Part shown: one piece after another, positions 1 to 13,640 of the stretch
How the letters are laid out: each line of letters begins with the position of its first letter
Position numbering within the stretch: position 1 is the stretch's first letter
DNA from: Anolis carolinensis
Lineage: Eukaryota
Direction: 5' to 3'
Length of the DNA: 64,000 bases
Assembly: GCF_035594765.1 (NCBI RefSeq)
Contig: NC_085842.1
Span: 434,001 to 498,000 of the forward strand
Position numbers and translations under genes: made by a program
The notes under the pieces: generated by a model
The model's database searches: none
What the model was told of the DNA's origin: nothing
Seen by the model: the letters and a program-made list of their open reading frames with translations, nothing else

Positions 1-1185
<1,185 letters not shown>

Positions 1186-2376
1186 TCATTCCTCAGTGTG
1201 CGTCATAAAGACTCAAAGGAAGTGGGATAAGGAGTGGATTGAAATGATTCTTAAGACAACATAAACATGGAGGAAAAGAAGATATGCCTGTTGTCCTTTC
1301 CCCTCCCCTTGTTCAGTGAAGATGGACCCTGGTTGTCTGCCTGGAGCCTCTAAGAGAGAGATGAGTAACATACGCTCCAGAGGCTCCCTGTTGCTCAGCC
1401 CAGCCCGGTTTTTTATTCCGTCTCCTTCTCTCTGGGGAATGGATGCCTTTTCCCTTCACATCCAAATGCTTGCCTTTTTCTCTAGCTTTAGACTTTACCA
1501 ACTACCACCCATTTCACCATCGTTCCCTCCCTTTTATTTCTCTCCCCCAATCCCAGTTCTCTTTTCCCATGCTCCCTGAAGGTTGGATTTTTCCGCTCCA
1601 ACGTACAAGATCCCATACCTAATTTCAGAGAACAGCAGAGTCTCGCTTATCCAACATAAACTGACCAGGAGAACACTGGATAAGTGAAAATGTTGGATAA
1701 TGAGGGATTAAGGAAAAGCCTATTAAAGGTCAAATTGCATTATGATTTTACAAATTAAGCACCAAAACATCATGTTTTACAACAAATCAACAGAAAAAGC
1801 AGTTCAATACACGGTAACATGATGGAGAAATCACTGTATTTACGAATTTAGCACCAAAACATCGCAATGTATTGAAAGCATTGACTACAAACAATATTTA
1901 TTACTAAAAACTTGACTATAAATATAGAATTGCATAAAACAACACTGTTGGAAGTTAAATCCATAAAAAGTTCAGTCTTGTGAAGATTTTTTAACATCTG
2001 TGACCCTTGCCTGCTTTTCCAACTATTGCCATTTCTCCGCTGACAAGTCTCGCCATCTTTGCGGCATCTTTATGTCCATCCCCGTAGCTTCTTCTTGTTG
2101 CTTGATGTGTGTCATTGCGGTTTCTAGAGCCCAAACCCTATCCTTGTGTGAGATCCTGAGATCCTGCGATAGTTCCTTTTGAGCTCTTCCAAAACGCCCT
2201 GATCCATCGGTTGGCATATGACGGTTACATTCGGTGGCAGAAACATCGCCTTCATGTCCCCCTCTTGAAGCTCCTCTGCATCAGGGTGCGTCGGGGCATT
2301 GTCTAGCAACAAAACCGCTTTCCTGGGCAGGTAAATTTCCTTCAAAAATTCCTCCGTGGAAGGAACAAGTTCCTTA

Positions 2377-2839
2377 GGGCTGGGCTGTAGCAGTAATAAG
2401 ATCTACCAACCGAAAGGTGGCCAGTTCGAAGCCCGGTCGGGGGTGAGCGCTCGACCTCAAGCCCAGCTCACTGTTTACCTGAGCAGTTTGAAAACAGTTT
2501 ATAAGCTGTAAATAGAGAAATGAGGCAACGCAAATTGCGGGGGAGGTATTTTAAAACACCATAAAGAACAAGACCAGAAATGCGGTGACCAAGAGGAAGG
2601 TGGAAGGAGGAAGTTCTGATGGCTCTTCGTCATAGAGAATGAAGCAACAGCACCCCCATGACTGAATCTGAGCAGAACATCAGCCTCCAAGGCACCCAAA
2701 AACTGGACTTCCAGACCACATACCTCCTTCTGTTTGTCTTATTCTGTTCTGTCCAAACGGTATTGAATGTTTGCCGTGTATGTGTATTGTGATCCGCCCT
2801 GAGTCTCCTTGGGGAGATAGAGCGGAATATAAATAACGG

Positions 2840-2840
<1 letters not shown>
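2377..2840 (+). mobile_element. tRNA-headed SINE with L2-type 3' tail, followed by (TAA)n
   Basis: B-box gttcgaagccc. Tail gtgatccgccctgagtc..gcggaatataaataa. Same position in the B paralogue (28105). Confidence 0.75.
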
Positions 2841-2891
<51 letters not shown>

Positions 2892-2924
2892 TAATAATAA
2901 TTAGTCTTTGAACATTTCACTGGT

Positions 2925-3014
2925 GGGGGACATGGAAAGAGCCTCCTCGAAGACTGAGTAAATCCAGTCGGGCGTCCCCTGGGCAACATTTCTTGTAAAC
3001 GGCTGATCTTTCCA
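2925..3014 (+). ncRNA. HDV-like self-cleaving ribozyme fold at the Vingi 5' end
   Basis: P1 GGGGGAC/GTCCCCT (G1-U wobble), P2 TGGAAAGA/TCTTTCCA, P3 GCC/GGC, P1.1 CC/GG, J4/2 GGCTGA with C at 3003. The motifs GCCTCCTCG and TGGGCAACA match the genomic HDV ribozyme. Confidence 0.8.
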
Positions 3015-6000
3015 ATCCAAAAGCATTGCATTGCTTTTAAACATTTTTTTAAACATTTTAAATGTGTTTTATCTCTCCACAAATGGATGAACACTAAAGG
3101 TCTTTATCAAGACCATTGCTGACAATTATGTCTATTAATATAGAAGGTTTGTCACTTGCTAAGGAAGAGCTATTAGCCAAAATGTCCGAGGACATCTCGT
3201 GTGACATTTTATGTATACAGGAAACACACAGAGACATCACAATGAGAAGACCAAAAATTCTCGGAATGCAACTGGCAGTGGAACGACCTCACAGACAATA
3301 TGGTAGTGCCATTTTTGTACGATCTGGTATAGCAATATCTGCAACCTCTCTCACAGAAGTGAACAACATTGAAATCCTATCTGTGGAACTGGATAGTTGC
3401 AGTGTATCTTCACTCTACAAACCACCTGGGGCTGATTTCTATTTTACGCCCCCAACCAATTGTCACAATCATGAAGCCCATTTTATTGTGGGAGATTTCA
3501 ATAGCCATAATTGTGTCTGGGGCTATGACGAAGATGATAGAAATGGTGAAGCAGTTCTAACATGGGCCGATAATAGTAGAATGAGCCTCCTTCATGAGAG
3601 TAAATTACCACCATCATGTAATAGCGGCCGATGGAAGCGTGGTTATAACCCTGATCTGATTTTTGTAATTGAAAGCATAATCCACCAATGCATTAAAAGG
3701 GTATTAAACCCGATACCTAATACTCAGCACAGACCAATATGCTGCGTAATATATGCAGCTGTAAGACCAAAGTGTCCCATTCCGCAGAAGATATAACTTC
3801 AATAAAGCTAACTGGTCAAAGTTTACAGAGACCTTGGAAGCAGCTATTTCTGATATAGAACCTTCTATAGAAAATTATGACCTGTTTGTAGAAGCTGTGA
3901 AAAGATTTTCGAGGCTCTCAATCCCTAGAGGCTGTCACACAAGCTACCTACCAGGCCTAAATGAAGAATCACTAAATCAGCTACAGGAATATCTCAGACT
4001 CTTTCAAGAGAATCCATACAGTGATGGGACTATAGCAGCAGCCCAAAAACTATCTACAGCCATAGCTAATGCTAAGAAAGACCGCTGGATAGAGCTGCTT
4101 GAGAACCTTGACATGTCCAAGAGTTGCCAAAAAGCCTGGCAATTGCTGAGACGCTTGGATAGTGACCCTCTGGTCAACCATGGACATGCAAACTTAACAC
4201 CAGACCAGATAGCTCACCAGCTAATTCAGAATGGGAAAACCAACCGCAGCAGAGTAAAGATTAAAATCAACAGGGTGCCAGAACGTGAAACCCACCAGTT
4301 GTCTTCTCCTCTAAACCTGAAAGAACTCAAAGAAGCCATCAAGCGATGTAAGACTGGTAAAGCACCTGGCCTAGATGACCTGATGATGGAGCAAATCAAA
4401 CACTTGGGCCCCAAAGCTGAAAACTGGCTTTTGAAATTCTACAATCAGTGCCTGGCACACAAACATATTCCCAGAGTATGGAGGAAAACTAAGATCATTG
4501 CCATCTTAAAACCTGGTAAAGATGCCTCCAATGCCAGGAACTATCGACCAATCTCCCTCTTATGTCATCTATATAAAGTCTATGAGAGGATGCTATTAAA
4601 TCGACTAGGACCTGTTATCGAACCCAAGCTTATTGCACAACAAGCAGGTTTCAGACCAGGGAAAAACTGTACAGGTCAAATTCTTCATCTGACTGAACAT
4701 ATCGAGGAAGGCTATGAGAAAGGCTGCATCACGGGAACAGTTTTTGTGGACCTTACGGCAGCCTATGACACGGTGCAACATAGAAAAATGCTGCATAAAG
4801 TCTACCATATCACCCGGGACTTTGACTATACAAAAACTGTCCAGACCCTCCTGGAAAACTGCAGCTTCTATGTGGAGTTTCAGGGCCAGAAAAGCAGATG
4901 GAGGAGGCAAAAGAATGGTTTACCCCAAGGAAGCGTTCTTGCACCAACCTTATTTAATATCTTCACGAACAATCAGCCACAACCACCACTCAGAAAGAGC
5001 TTTATATATGCTGATGACCTTGGCCTTACAACACAAGCAAAAGATTTTGAAACAGTTGAAAACCAGCTCACTAATGCCTTGAAAGATCTCCCCAGCTACC
5101 ACAAAGAGAACAACCTGAAGCCTAACCCTTCCAAGACACAAGTGTGTGCTTTCCACCTACGTAACCGTGAAGCCAACAGGAAACTGAAAGTTACTTGGGA
5201 AGGCCAAGAGCTCGAACACTGTTTCCATCCTAAATACCTTGGTGTCACCTTAGACCGAACACTAACATATAGGAAACACCGCATGAACACCAAGCACAAA
5301 GTAGCTGCACGCAACAACATCCTGCGGAAACTGACTGGCAGCTCATGGGGAGCAGACCCACAAGTAATAAGAACATCAGCCCTGGCCTTGTCTTTCTCAA
5401 CTGCAGAGTCTGCCTGTCCTGTCTGGCACAAGTCTGCCCATGCAAAGCAGGTGGACATAGCACTGAATGAAACATGCAGAATCATCACGGGATGCCTTAA
5501 ACCTACACCTGTTGATAAACTCTACAAGTTAGCTGGCATTGCCCCTCCTGACGTGCAACGGGAAGTTGCTGCTAACTGCGAGAGAAAAAAGGTTGAACAT
5601 TGTGAAAGCCACCCACTGCATGACTATCACCCTCCTCACAGTAGACTCAAATCACAGAAGGGCTTCATGAGAACCACCACTCCCTCCTCTTGATGTTCCT
5701 CCAGCAGCAACAAGGGTGTCCCTCTGGGCAGCTAAACCAGGCAATTCTGACTGGATGGCCCCTCATGAGGGTCTTCCTCCAGGGGCAAACCAAGAATGGG
5801 CAACTTGGAAGTCCCTGAACAGACTCAGAAGCGGAGTGGGCAGATCTAAAGACAACCTGGCAAGATGGCACTACCTGGAGGAATCTTCCACCTTGTGTGA
5901 CTGTGGAGCAGAACAAACAACTCCTCATATGTATGCTTGCCCACAATGCCCTGCCTCATGCACGGAGGAGGAGCTGTTTAAAGCTACGAACAATGCGATT

Positions 6001-6106
6001 GCTGTTGCCCGCTTTTGGTCCAAAACTATTTAGCTGTTTGTGATTCCTCTATTTTACCACTTTTAAACTTATTTATTATGCAATGCTTTTGACACGAAAT
6101 AAATAA
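2925..6106 (+). mobile_element. Full-length but inactivated Vingi (Ingi-related) non-LTR retrotransposon: APE endonuclease + RT + C-terminal Cys/His motif
   Basis: 11-bp TSD ATTTCACTGGT (2914-2924, 6107-6117); empty site in the paralogue near 29164. ORF pieces 3116-3796 (SINIEG, CIQETH, GDFNSH), 3834-5693 (GLPQGSVLAP, YADD), 5716-6033. Stop at 3095 after ATG 3083 and two frameshifts. 3' end gacacgaaataaataa. Confidence 0.9.
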
Positions 6107-8961
6107 ATTTCACTGGTCATCAACAAACTTTTTTGATTGTAGTATTTTACAGGAAGAGCGTTTTTTGAAACTGTTTTAAAGGCTCTTGGATTTTTGGGCT
6201 TCCCAATCATTGCGAGGCCCATTTTGTGGATTTCTGTAGCACTGCTGCCTGCTAACATTGTCAGCCTTTCTTTACTACGCTTATAGCCAGGGGCTGCTGC
6301 TTCAGTTCTGGCTGAAAGACTCCTACTTGGTAACATTTTGCAATTAAACATCTGATCGCCTGTTAGGCTTTGAGTTTCAACAAAGTCTTGTACGTTTTTC
6401 TTGAATGCCTCTATTTCTTGATCATTTGATGACAGCTTCTCACCACAAACACTTAACCGACTGATTCCATAACGCTTCTTCCACCTGTCGAGCCAACCAA
6501 TGCTTGCTGTAAAATCTGGTTCCCCTTCATTAAATTCCTTTCGAAAACACGACTTTTGCTGTAAAATAGGCCCGGAAATAGGCACGCCTTTGTCTCTGGA
6601 CTACACAAACCAAACATACAAAGCTTCACTAACTTTTTCATAGTCAAACCTTTTCATCATTTTCCTCTTTCAGCACACCATTGGTAACTTTGGAGGTACA
6701 CCATTCTTCCATCTCCAGTCGATTCCTTTTCCAGTCTCCTACTCTTACCTGTTGGACATATTAGTCGTCGGCTACTTTCTGTATTGTTCCTCCTTTGTCC
6801 AGTCTCTTGATTGCCTCAAGTTTCTGTTCCATGGATAAAACAAACTTCTTTCTCTTCGTAGCCATACTCGTGCAGAAGAAAGGGCATGCACAGATCAGTG
6901 GCGGAAAGGGTCTGCCACTTGTTTGGGAGCGTGGCTGCACTTGTATTGTTTTTGGGCGTGTTGTTGTTTTTCTGGGCAGCAACACGCTGTTTGTTATTCT
7001 ATGTGTAGAAACTATGGGTTCCCACAGGGGTCCTGGTGGGAGGGAAATGTGAACAGCACAAGAGCATTATTGAAGAAGAGGCCATAGCTCAAAGGGAGGG
7101 CCCCTGCTGCACTTCACTTCCTGGTATCGCTCGTGAACAGAGTCAAGAAAATAGGATGACAACCATTGTGTCTGAAAATCTGGAGAGCTGCCACTGGGTC
7201 AGAGTACATGATACAGGCCAGACAGACAAAGTTTGTCATTCTGGGAGGGGCGAGACGCAGCCGGTGCAGGTCGGACGCTGTCTGCGCTGACTACGTCTCA
7301 CCCCTCCTGGCAGGCGACTAGTGCGCAGAGAGACGTGTTGCTGCCGAGAGAAACAGCTGTGGATCCCGGCGGGAGGCAGACTGCATTGGATGATACAGAA
7401 CGTTGGATGAGCTAAGGTTGGATAAGCAAGACTCTACCGTATTGCAGAGATTCTTACCCTTTTACCACCAACTGCCAAATGGGACTTTTACAGTTTTTGG
7501 AAGTTGGCTGTAAATATGAGTTGCAAAGGGATAGATTTGCCTGACAAAGCTGTGAATGTGCAAAACCGTGACTGTAAAGAAAAAGTGGAGAACAATGATG
7601 AAGGCAGAGAAGGACCAAAAAAGGGATGTCTGTAGGACTCGGCCAGATAGAGTGGCATCCACGTAACATCCCACGTGAGAGAGAAGAGACTGCCTCCACA
7701 CCATCCCAGTTTGGGAGGAAGGACAAGACTGGACCAGAGGAAAGAGCTGGTGATCCATCCGTTGTGATTCAACCCCACGCGGCTCAAGTCTGCAGTCCCC
7801 AATGAGAAACAGGGAGCTAGTTTCAGAAGAGGCTGAGGGAATCCCTCCCCCTTGTCTCCTGATTGACAGTTGGGATGTATCTAGTTGTTATCTTCTCTGT
7901 TTCTTTCTCTCATTCTGATTGGTTTTGTAGAATGGTGCATGCTTTTGCTTCAGATTTCTGACTTATATCTCAGTGTGTACTTTGTGTATTAAGACCTCTC
8001 TCTGCTTGTGTGTCAGGAGAGATGTGGGGCTTGGAGTTTTTCCCTCTCTTTTAAACCCGAGAAGAGATGGAAATAGAGAGCAGCTCAGATCCAGTCCTTT
8101 ACTATTAAGAAATGTAGTTATTAATTTTTTTGTAATTTTAAAGACTGAACTCTGCAGCTTTGCTTCCGAAGTTCTTGATTTTTTACAGCTACATCATTTC
8201 ATGCTCTGCTTGTTGTGACCTGGATGCTCAACTATAAGTATCCTGTTGGTAATTATAGGTGGTCTGCTTTTTGTGGGGTAATTTTCCCCAACAAAATCCT
8301 GATGCCGCAGAAACAGAGACTTCTTGGAAATACCATTCTGTCGACTGTCCCTTTGTTCAGCTCTGATTCCAATAACTGTCTAATTCTGCACACCTTTTAT
8401 CCGGAAGCTGCAACCTCTTCACATACAAGAATTTAGGAAAGTGGCTGCGGATAATTTGGGATTTTCTAACATTTAGGATGAAATAAATATACAGAGTGTT
8501 TCAAAAAGATGCACTCAATTGGAAAGAGCTAGATTTCTGCAGATGTGAAACTACCATGAGTGACACTCTTACCACTTGAAGGAGAGGGGCAGAGTGTGAC
8601 GGCTGCTCTATGCCTCTCCCTGTGCACAAAAGGCCCCGAGCCCCAATCATTCACAAGCACAGAACACAGAACACATGATATTACAAGTCACCGTCTTGTG
8701 AATGAATGAGGCTGGGGGCTGTTTGTGTGCTGGGAGAGGCAGCGTAGAGAGAGAGCTGAGCCTTCAGACACGCAAAGGTTATCCTGCCTGGTTAGGAGGA
8801 AAAACAAGGTTGAATATCACACCAATCCTAAGATGTATAGCCGCCTATGCGTATCTGATGCTACGGGAAGTTTTTTTTTTTTCATGATCCATTCTCCGGC
8901 CCCTCTCTCCAGCCAATCTGCTCCCTCCCTCTATTTTCTTCTCACACAAACACTCAGAGAG

Positions 8962-9023
<62 letters not shown>

Positions 9024-9218
9024 ACTGACTTTGACTTGACTCCAGTTATGGAAATCTTCCCACTTGAGTCTGAATTGGTGCTTATTATTATTATTATTAT
9101 TACTCTTATGTCATATATTTCTAACACAAGCCCTGCCTTGCGGACCCTCAGTGACTGTGACGATTTAGGCTAATACTGCCTTTTGAAACAGAAATCCCCA
9201 TCAGTGAGGGAGCCTTAC

Positions 9219-9299
9219 CAAGAGAGTCCACAATCCCATTCATCTCCTCCATGACCTGCTTGTGCAAGGCTTTCTGGTCCGGATTCAGGAGAACCCACT
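9219..9299 (-). pseudogene. Gene A truncated KRAB-A exon ([26 protein letters not shown])
   Basis: Donor G|GTAAG intact at 9219/9218. Versus gene B, 539 bp are missing, including the acceptor and the first 46 nt of the exon. Confidence 0.85.
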
Positions 9300-9409
9300 G
9301 CCTAAGTGTACTATTCTACATATATTCTTGTTGACATTAAGTGGGTTAGTTTTGGCCCAGCTCTCCACCATGTTCAGGCCATTTTGAATTCTGATCCTAT
9401 CTTCTAGAC

Positions 9410-9653
9410 CAGGGGTCCCCAAACTTTTAAAACAGGGGGCCAGTTCACGATCCTTCAGACCGATGGAGGGCTGGACTATAGTTGGCCACCAAGCAATAAT
9501 AATTAATAATAATTAATAACAACAACAACAACAACAACAACAACAAAGAGGGTTTGAAGAGACCCTTTGGGCCAATTAGTCCAACCCCCTTCTGCCTCTG
9601 TGCACCAAAAGCACAAGCAAAGCACCCCTGACAGATGGCCACCCAGCCTCAAT

Positions 9654-9694
<41 letters not shown>

Positions 9695-9825
9695 GGGTTG
9701 TAAGAGAAGAAGAGACCCCCTTCTGTCATTTAGCCCAACCCACTTCTGCTCTTGTGCCGTGGGGGCCGGATAAATAGCTTCGATGGGCCGCATCTGGCCC
9801 CCAGGCCTTAGTTTGGGGACCCCTG
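9410..9825. mobile_element. Non-autonomous hAT MITE
   Basis: TIR caggggtccccaaact / agtttggggacccctg, 8-bp TSD TTCTAGAC, empty site in paralogue near 31938. Confidence 0.9.
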
Positions 9826-10156
9826 TTCTAGACTGTGAGCTATCCCTGCTAATTTGGTTTCATCTGAAAACATGATACGCATATTAAGCAGCACCCTCTT
9901 CCCATGTCTTGTACCCTTTTGAATCTTAGTTCCATTCAAAGTTCTTTGAACATCCATTCTGATTTATTTAGTTTTCTCTTCATTTCCCCCCCCCCCCCAC
10001 CCCTTATAGCAAATGTTTGCAATTGTGCCTTCAGTATTTCACTTCTAAGGAAAGGCATTCTATCTTGTCTGTTTCAACAGATGTTGATAATTAAGCCTGG
10101 AGCAAAAGGCACCCCGGCAGGCCCAGTCCTCCTCTCCCAGGAACCCTTCTGCTTAC

Positions 10157-10227
10157 CTGACTCAGTCCCACTCCATCGCAAAGGGGGAGAAACGGCTGAG
10201 GATTCGGCAACAGCATCATTCCAGACC
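10157..10227 (-). CDS. Gene A linker exon (71 nt, phase 1 to 0)
   Basis: ctctctccag|GG acceptor and CAG|GTAAG donor; same length as 32588-32658. Confidence 0.7.
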
Positions 10228-10963
10228 CTGGAGAGAGAGCAAGGGGTGGAAAGCTGGTCACAGAAACAGGCCTCAGAGGTGACCATTGCAGTCCTATAAA
10301 GAAACCGGTGAGGAAACGACCCTAAGAACACAGGCACATTCAACAGCCAATGAAGATGTACAATGTGAGGGTTTAGGACTTTATCTCGCAAGCAGGGCTG
10401 TGTTTGAGTGAAACTAGCACTGGGCTTTGTGTTTCAATTGACAAAAGTGATTCTTTGCTGTTTGTCTTCCAGCTCAGTTTCAGGGCTCAGCTCAGCTTAG
10501 GGTCCCACCTGGGAAGACACTGAAGGGCTGCATTGTCAGTCCTATTGCAAGAAAGAAAACTGCAAATCAAACTGAAATGACACCTCTAGCAACCCTATGC
10601 CTACATATAACAATTTATTTTATTTTTATTATTATTATTATTATTTTATTTTTTTACTCGCCTCTTCTTGCAGTTCCAGGCAGGTTACCACAAAATTTTA
10701 AAAACACAACCTTTGTCAAAATTCAACAAAGATACATATTTCTATAAAAGATCCACATTAAAACTGCCTTTCTATAAAATACATATTAAAGTACATAAAA
10801 CATCACAGAAAAGACATGAGTTTAAGATATATACCCATCTCAAGGCCAAATGATCCGGCATGTTCACCTTCTGAAGCTCCAACTGTGGGTGTGCACTCAT
10901 CCCCCCAAAGCGGGATTTCCACTGGCACAAAACCCCAAAACTCCCAGAAGAGTTCCTTCTCAC

Positions 10964-11081
10964 CCTGCAAGGCGGCAGCCCCGTCTCCTTCCCGCTTCAG
11001 CTCCTTCTGCCTGAGACTCTGGCTGGTGTCTGGTGGAGATTCCTCTGGTGCAGGGACTTCCATGGAGTTATTATTATGGGC
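10964..11081 (-). CDS. Gene A linker exon (AHNNNSMEVPAPEESPP..., phase 0 to 1)
   Basis: cttccag|GCC acceptor, G|GTGAG donor; frame joins the SCAN exon. Confidence 0.75.
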
Positions 11082-11417
11082 CTGGAAGAGCACAGAGCAT
11101 TCCAGAAGGAGTTTGGGAAATGTTCAGAAACATCACAGACCTATAGACCTTTTTTGGAAAGAATAACTCTGAGATGGCAACCTAGTTTGGAAGCAATGCC
11201 CCCCTCCCCCTCCCACCATTGTCTATGTTCTATCTTGAGCAGAGCATCAACCAAGCTGAGGGTAGAGATGGAGGGGCAGAGCAGGTGGGGAAAGAGGCCA
11301 AGGGAGCAGGGCCTTGCTTATCCACCACATCGGTCCCATCTTGGAAGAAAGGCAGGATGTACGTTCAACCTGTCCATCAGTCCCCAGGTTAGTGAAACCC
11401 AGAGGGAATGCTCTCAC

Positions 11418-11801
11418 CTGTCCTTCCTGCTCCTTGTCCTCGGCCCGACTCAGGAGGAAGCCTTCCGCCAGGGCCACCGCCTGGGAACAGGTCTCTGCCC
11501 CACACTCTCGGACCCAGCTCCCCATTTCTGGGGGCAGGATGCTCAGGAACTGCTCCAGGGTCACCAGGTCCAGCACCTCGGCCTTGGTGTGCTGCTCTGG
11601 CTTCAGCCACTGGCGGCACAGATCGTGGAGACGACTGCAAACCCCTCTGGGTCCTTCACCCTCTTGGTAGGAGGACTGCCTGAAGCGCTGGCGCTGTGTG
11701 TCCGAGCTGTCAAGGTCCACACTCAGGGACTCATGTCTTTTCCAGGATTCCCCACTGCCCCCAGGTCCTGCTTCAGGTCCATGTGAGTTGGGTCTCTCCA
11801 T
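11418..11801 (-). CDS. Gene A SCAN-domain exon (exon extends to acceptor at 11928)
   Basis: [63 protein letters not shown] is a SCAN signature; donor CAG|GTGAG. Confidence 0.92.
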
Positions 11802-12239
11802 GTTGGAACCACCCTGGTGAAGAACCCAACCGTATCCAAGATGCTTTTCCTCCTCTTCTTTCTTTCAAGGGAAAGAAATCCCTCCACAGGCTCTACTCCG
11901 AAATTCTCAGCCAAAAATCACATTTCCTCTGTGAAAGAAAGGCAGAAAGGTTGTGGGACCAGGCTTTTGAGCAATAGTAGCAGCAGAAATGGCAACTATA
12001 TGATCCAAGGTATAATGACAGACCCGGTTTGTACTTGAAATGCACCTTGAATTTTTATTTAAATGTACATTTATGAAGGTCTGAATGTAACTTAATTTAA
12101 ATGGAATTTTGAAATGTGACTGTAATTATTTGATATATGTTTTTTATGCTGTAAGCCACCCTGAGTCCCCTTGATGGGTGAGAAGGGCGGGGTAGAAATG
12201 TTGTAATATTGTAATTTTGTTCGTTTGTAATAAATAAAC

Positions 12240-13640
12240 ATAAAGAAGACTCAACAATGACATGGTTTCATTATATAACTGACTCCAACAGAGACTCCGT
12301 CTAGACAACAAAATGGGTAGACAAGAATCGGAGAATCATCGGAACCAACTGCTACAGACAAAAAAACAAGCCAACTGGGAAGCTGCATCAATTTCTTCTG
12401 AAAGATTTTACAATTGATGGAGAAATAAAAGAACCTATGAGTCAGTGGGTGAAAAGTCTAGGCTGGGCAATAAGTCCATGAGAATGGGAAGAACTCTGGT
12501 AAAAATGACTAAAATTTACAAGGAGTCACACAATTAAATAAAATTTCTACAAAATGATACATAGATGGTACATAACTCCAGAAAAACTCTCAAACACACA
12601 CACACGCACAGAGATATATGATATGTTGGGACTTGTCCAAAAGCTAACGAATTCTGAATAAAAATCCACAGAGACATGGAAACTATTCTAGAGTACAAAA
12701 TCCCATTAAGACCAGAACTTTTTCTACTGGGAAACATCAAGAAAGACTCTTTCTTTATATGACAACAGAAGCAAGAACTGAATACGCAAAACTATGGAAA
12801 CAACAAGACATGCCAACACCAGAAAACTGGACGACAAAAGGTTTCGAAATGGCCAAAAAGGACAAACTAACTTCAGCTGCACAACAAACAAATACACAGA
12901 AACTTCCAAGAAGAATGGAAGCCCTTCATTGAATTCACAAAGAAGCAAAGGGGCCGGGCTGTGGCGCAGCTGGGTAGTAACCAGCTGCTATAAATCACTA
13001 CTGACCGAGAGGCCATGAGTCCGAAGCCCGGGTCGGGTTAAGCCTCCGACCATAAAAAAAAAAAAATAGCCCCGGCTTGCTGTTGACCTAGCAGCCCCGA
13101 AAGACAGTTGCATCTGTCAAGTAGGGAAAATTTAGGGACGCTTTATGCGGGAGGCTAATTTAACTAATCTACAACACCATAAAACTGCTCACGAGGAAAA
13201 GAAGAGGAAGAACAGCCACCAATGGACGGTGAAGCAACAGCTCCCCCTGTGGCCGGAAATCGTGAAGCTGGAAAGATGTTAAAAAATGCCTCTGTGTCTG
13301 TCTAAAACTGAATGTTGTTTGTCTGTTGGCATTGAATGTTTGCCATATATGTGTTCATTGTAATCCGCCCTGAGTCCCCTTCGGGGTGAGAAAGAAGGGC
13401 GGAATATAAATACTGTAAATAAAGGAAGATGACCACGGCAGGATCAGTTGAGTAAAATATTATTAATAGTATACAGTTACATTTTGTACTATTTTTGAAC
13501 TCTTTATTCAAGAGACTTTGAATAACTGACCTATCAACACTCTTTGATTAGAATATAAAAGGTGGCAAGCCATGTTAGATATTTTAGAGTGAAACATTTA
13601 TATACAAATACATATTTGTGTAGTGTTTAAATAAAAGAAA
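12240..13640 (+). mobile_element. Degraded L1-clade 3' fragment interrupted by a SINE
   Basis: Relic W.CPK..FW..IH....IL...IPL.PELFLLG motif near 12625-12730; A-rich plus strand; paralogue at about 34740-35560. Confidence 0.5.
12951..13420 (+). mobile_element. Full-length tRNA-headed SINE with L2-like tail (Anolis SINE2-like)
   Basis: Head gggccgggctgtggcgcagctgg, B-box-like gtccgaagccc, tail taatccgccctgagtcccc; absent in paralogue near 35335. Confidence 0.85.

Larger units (their letters stand above)
1633..7439 (-). mobile_element. Decayed Tigger/pogo DNA transposon with nested insertions, in intron of gene A
   Basis: TIRs cagcagagtctcgcttatccaac (1633) and gttggataagcaagactctaccg|ta (7439). 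Transposase relics from ATG 6865: MATKRKKFVLSMEQKLEAIKRLD, PISGPILQQK..F.ASIGWLDRWKKRYGI (CENP-B HTH), KAVLLLDNAPTH..QPMDQG (DDE_1). Confidence 0.9.

Noticed and set aside
3083-3130. 2A ribosome-skipping peptide as in L1Tc/Ingi
   Set aside because: No DxExNPGP motif in the Vingi N-terminus.
7450-8440. Possible old LTR shared by A and B introns
   Set aside because: Could not define TG..CA ends or a TSD.
12951-13040. tRNA genes
   Set aside because: A/B boxes belong to SINE heads; no complete cloverleaf.
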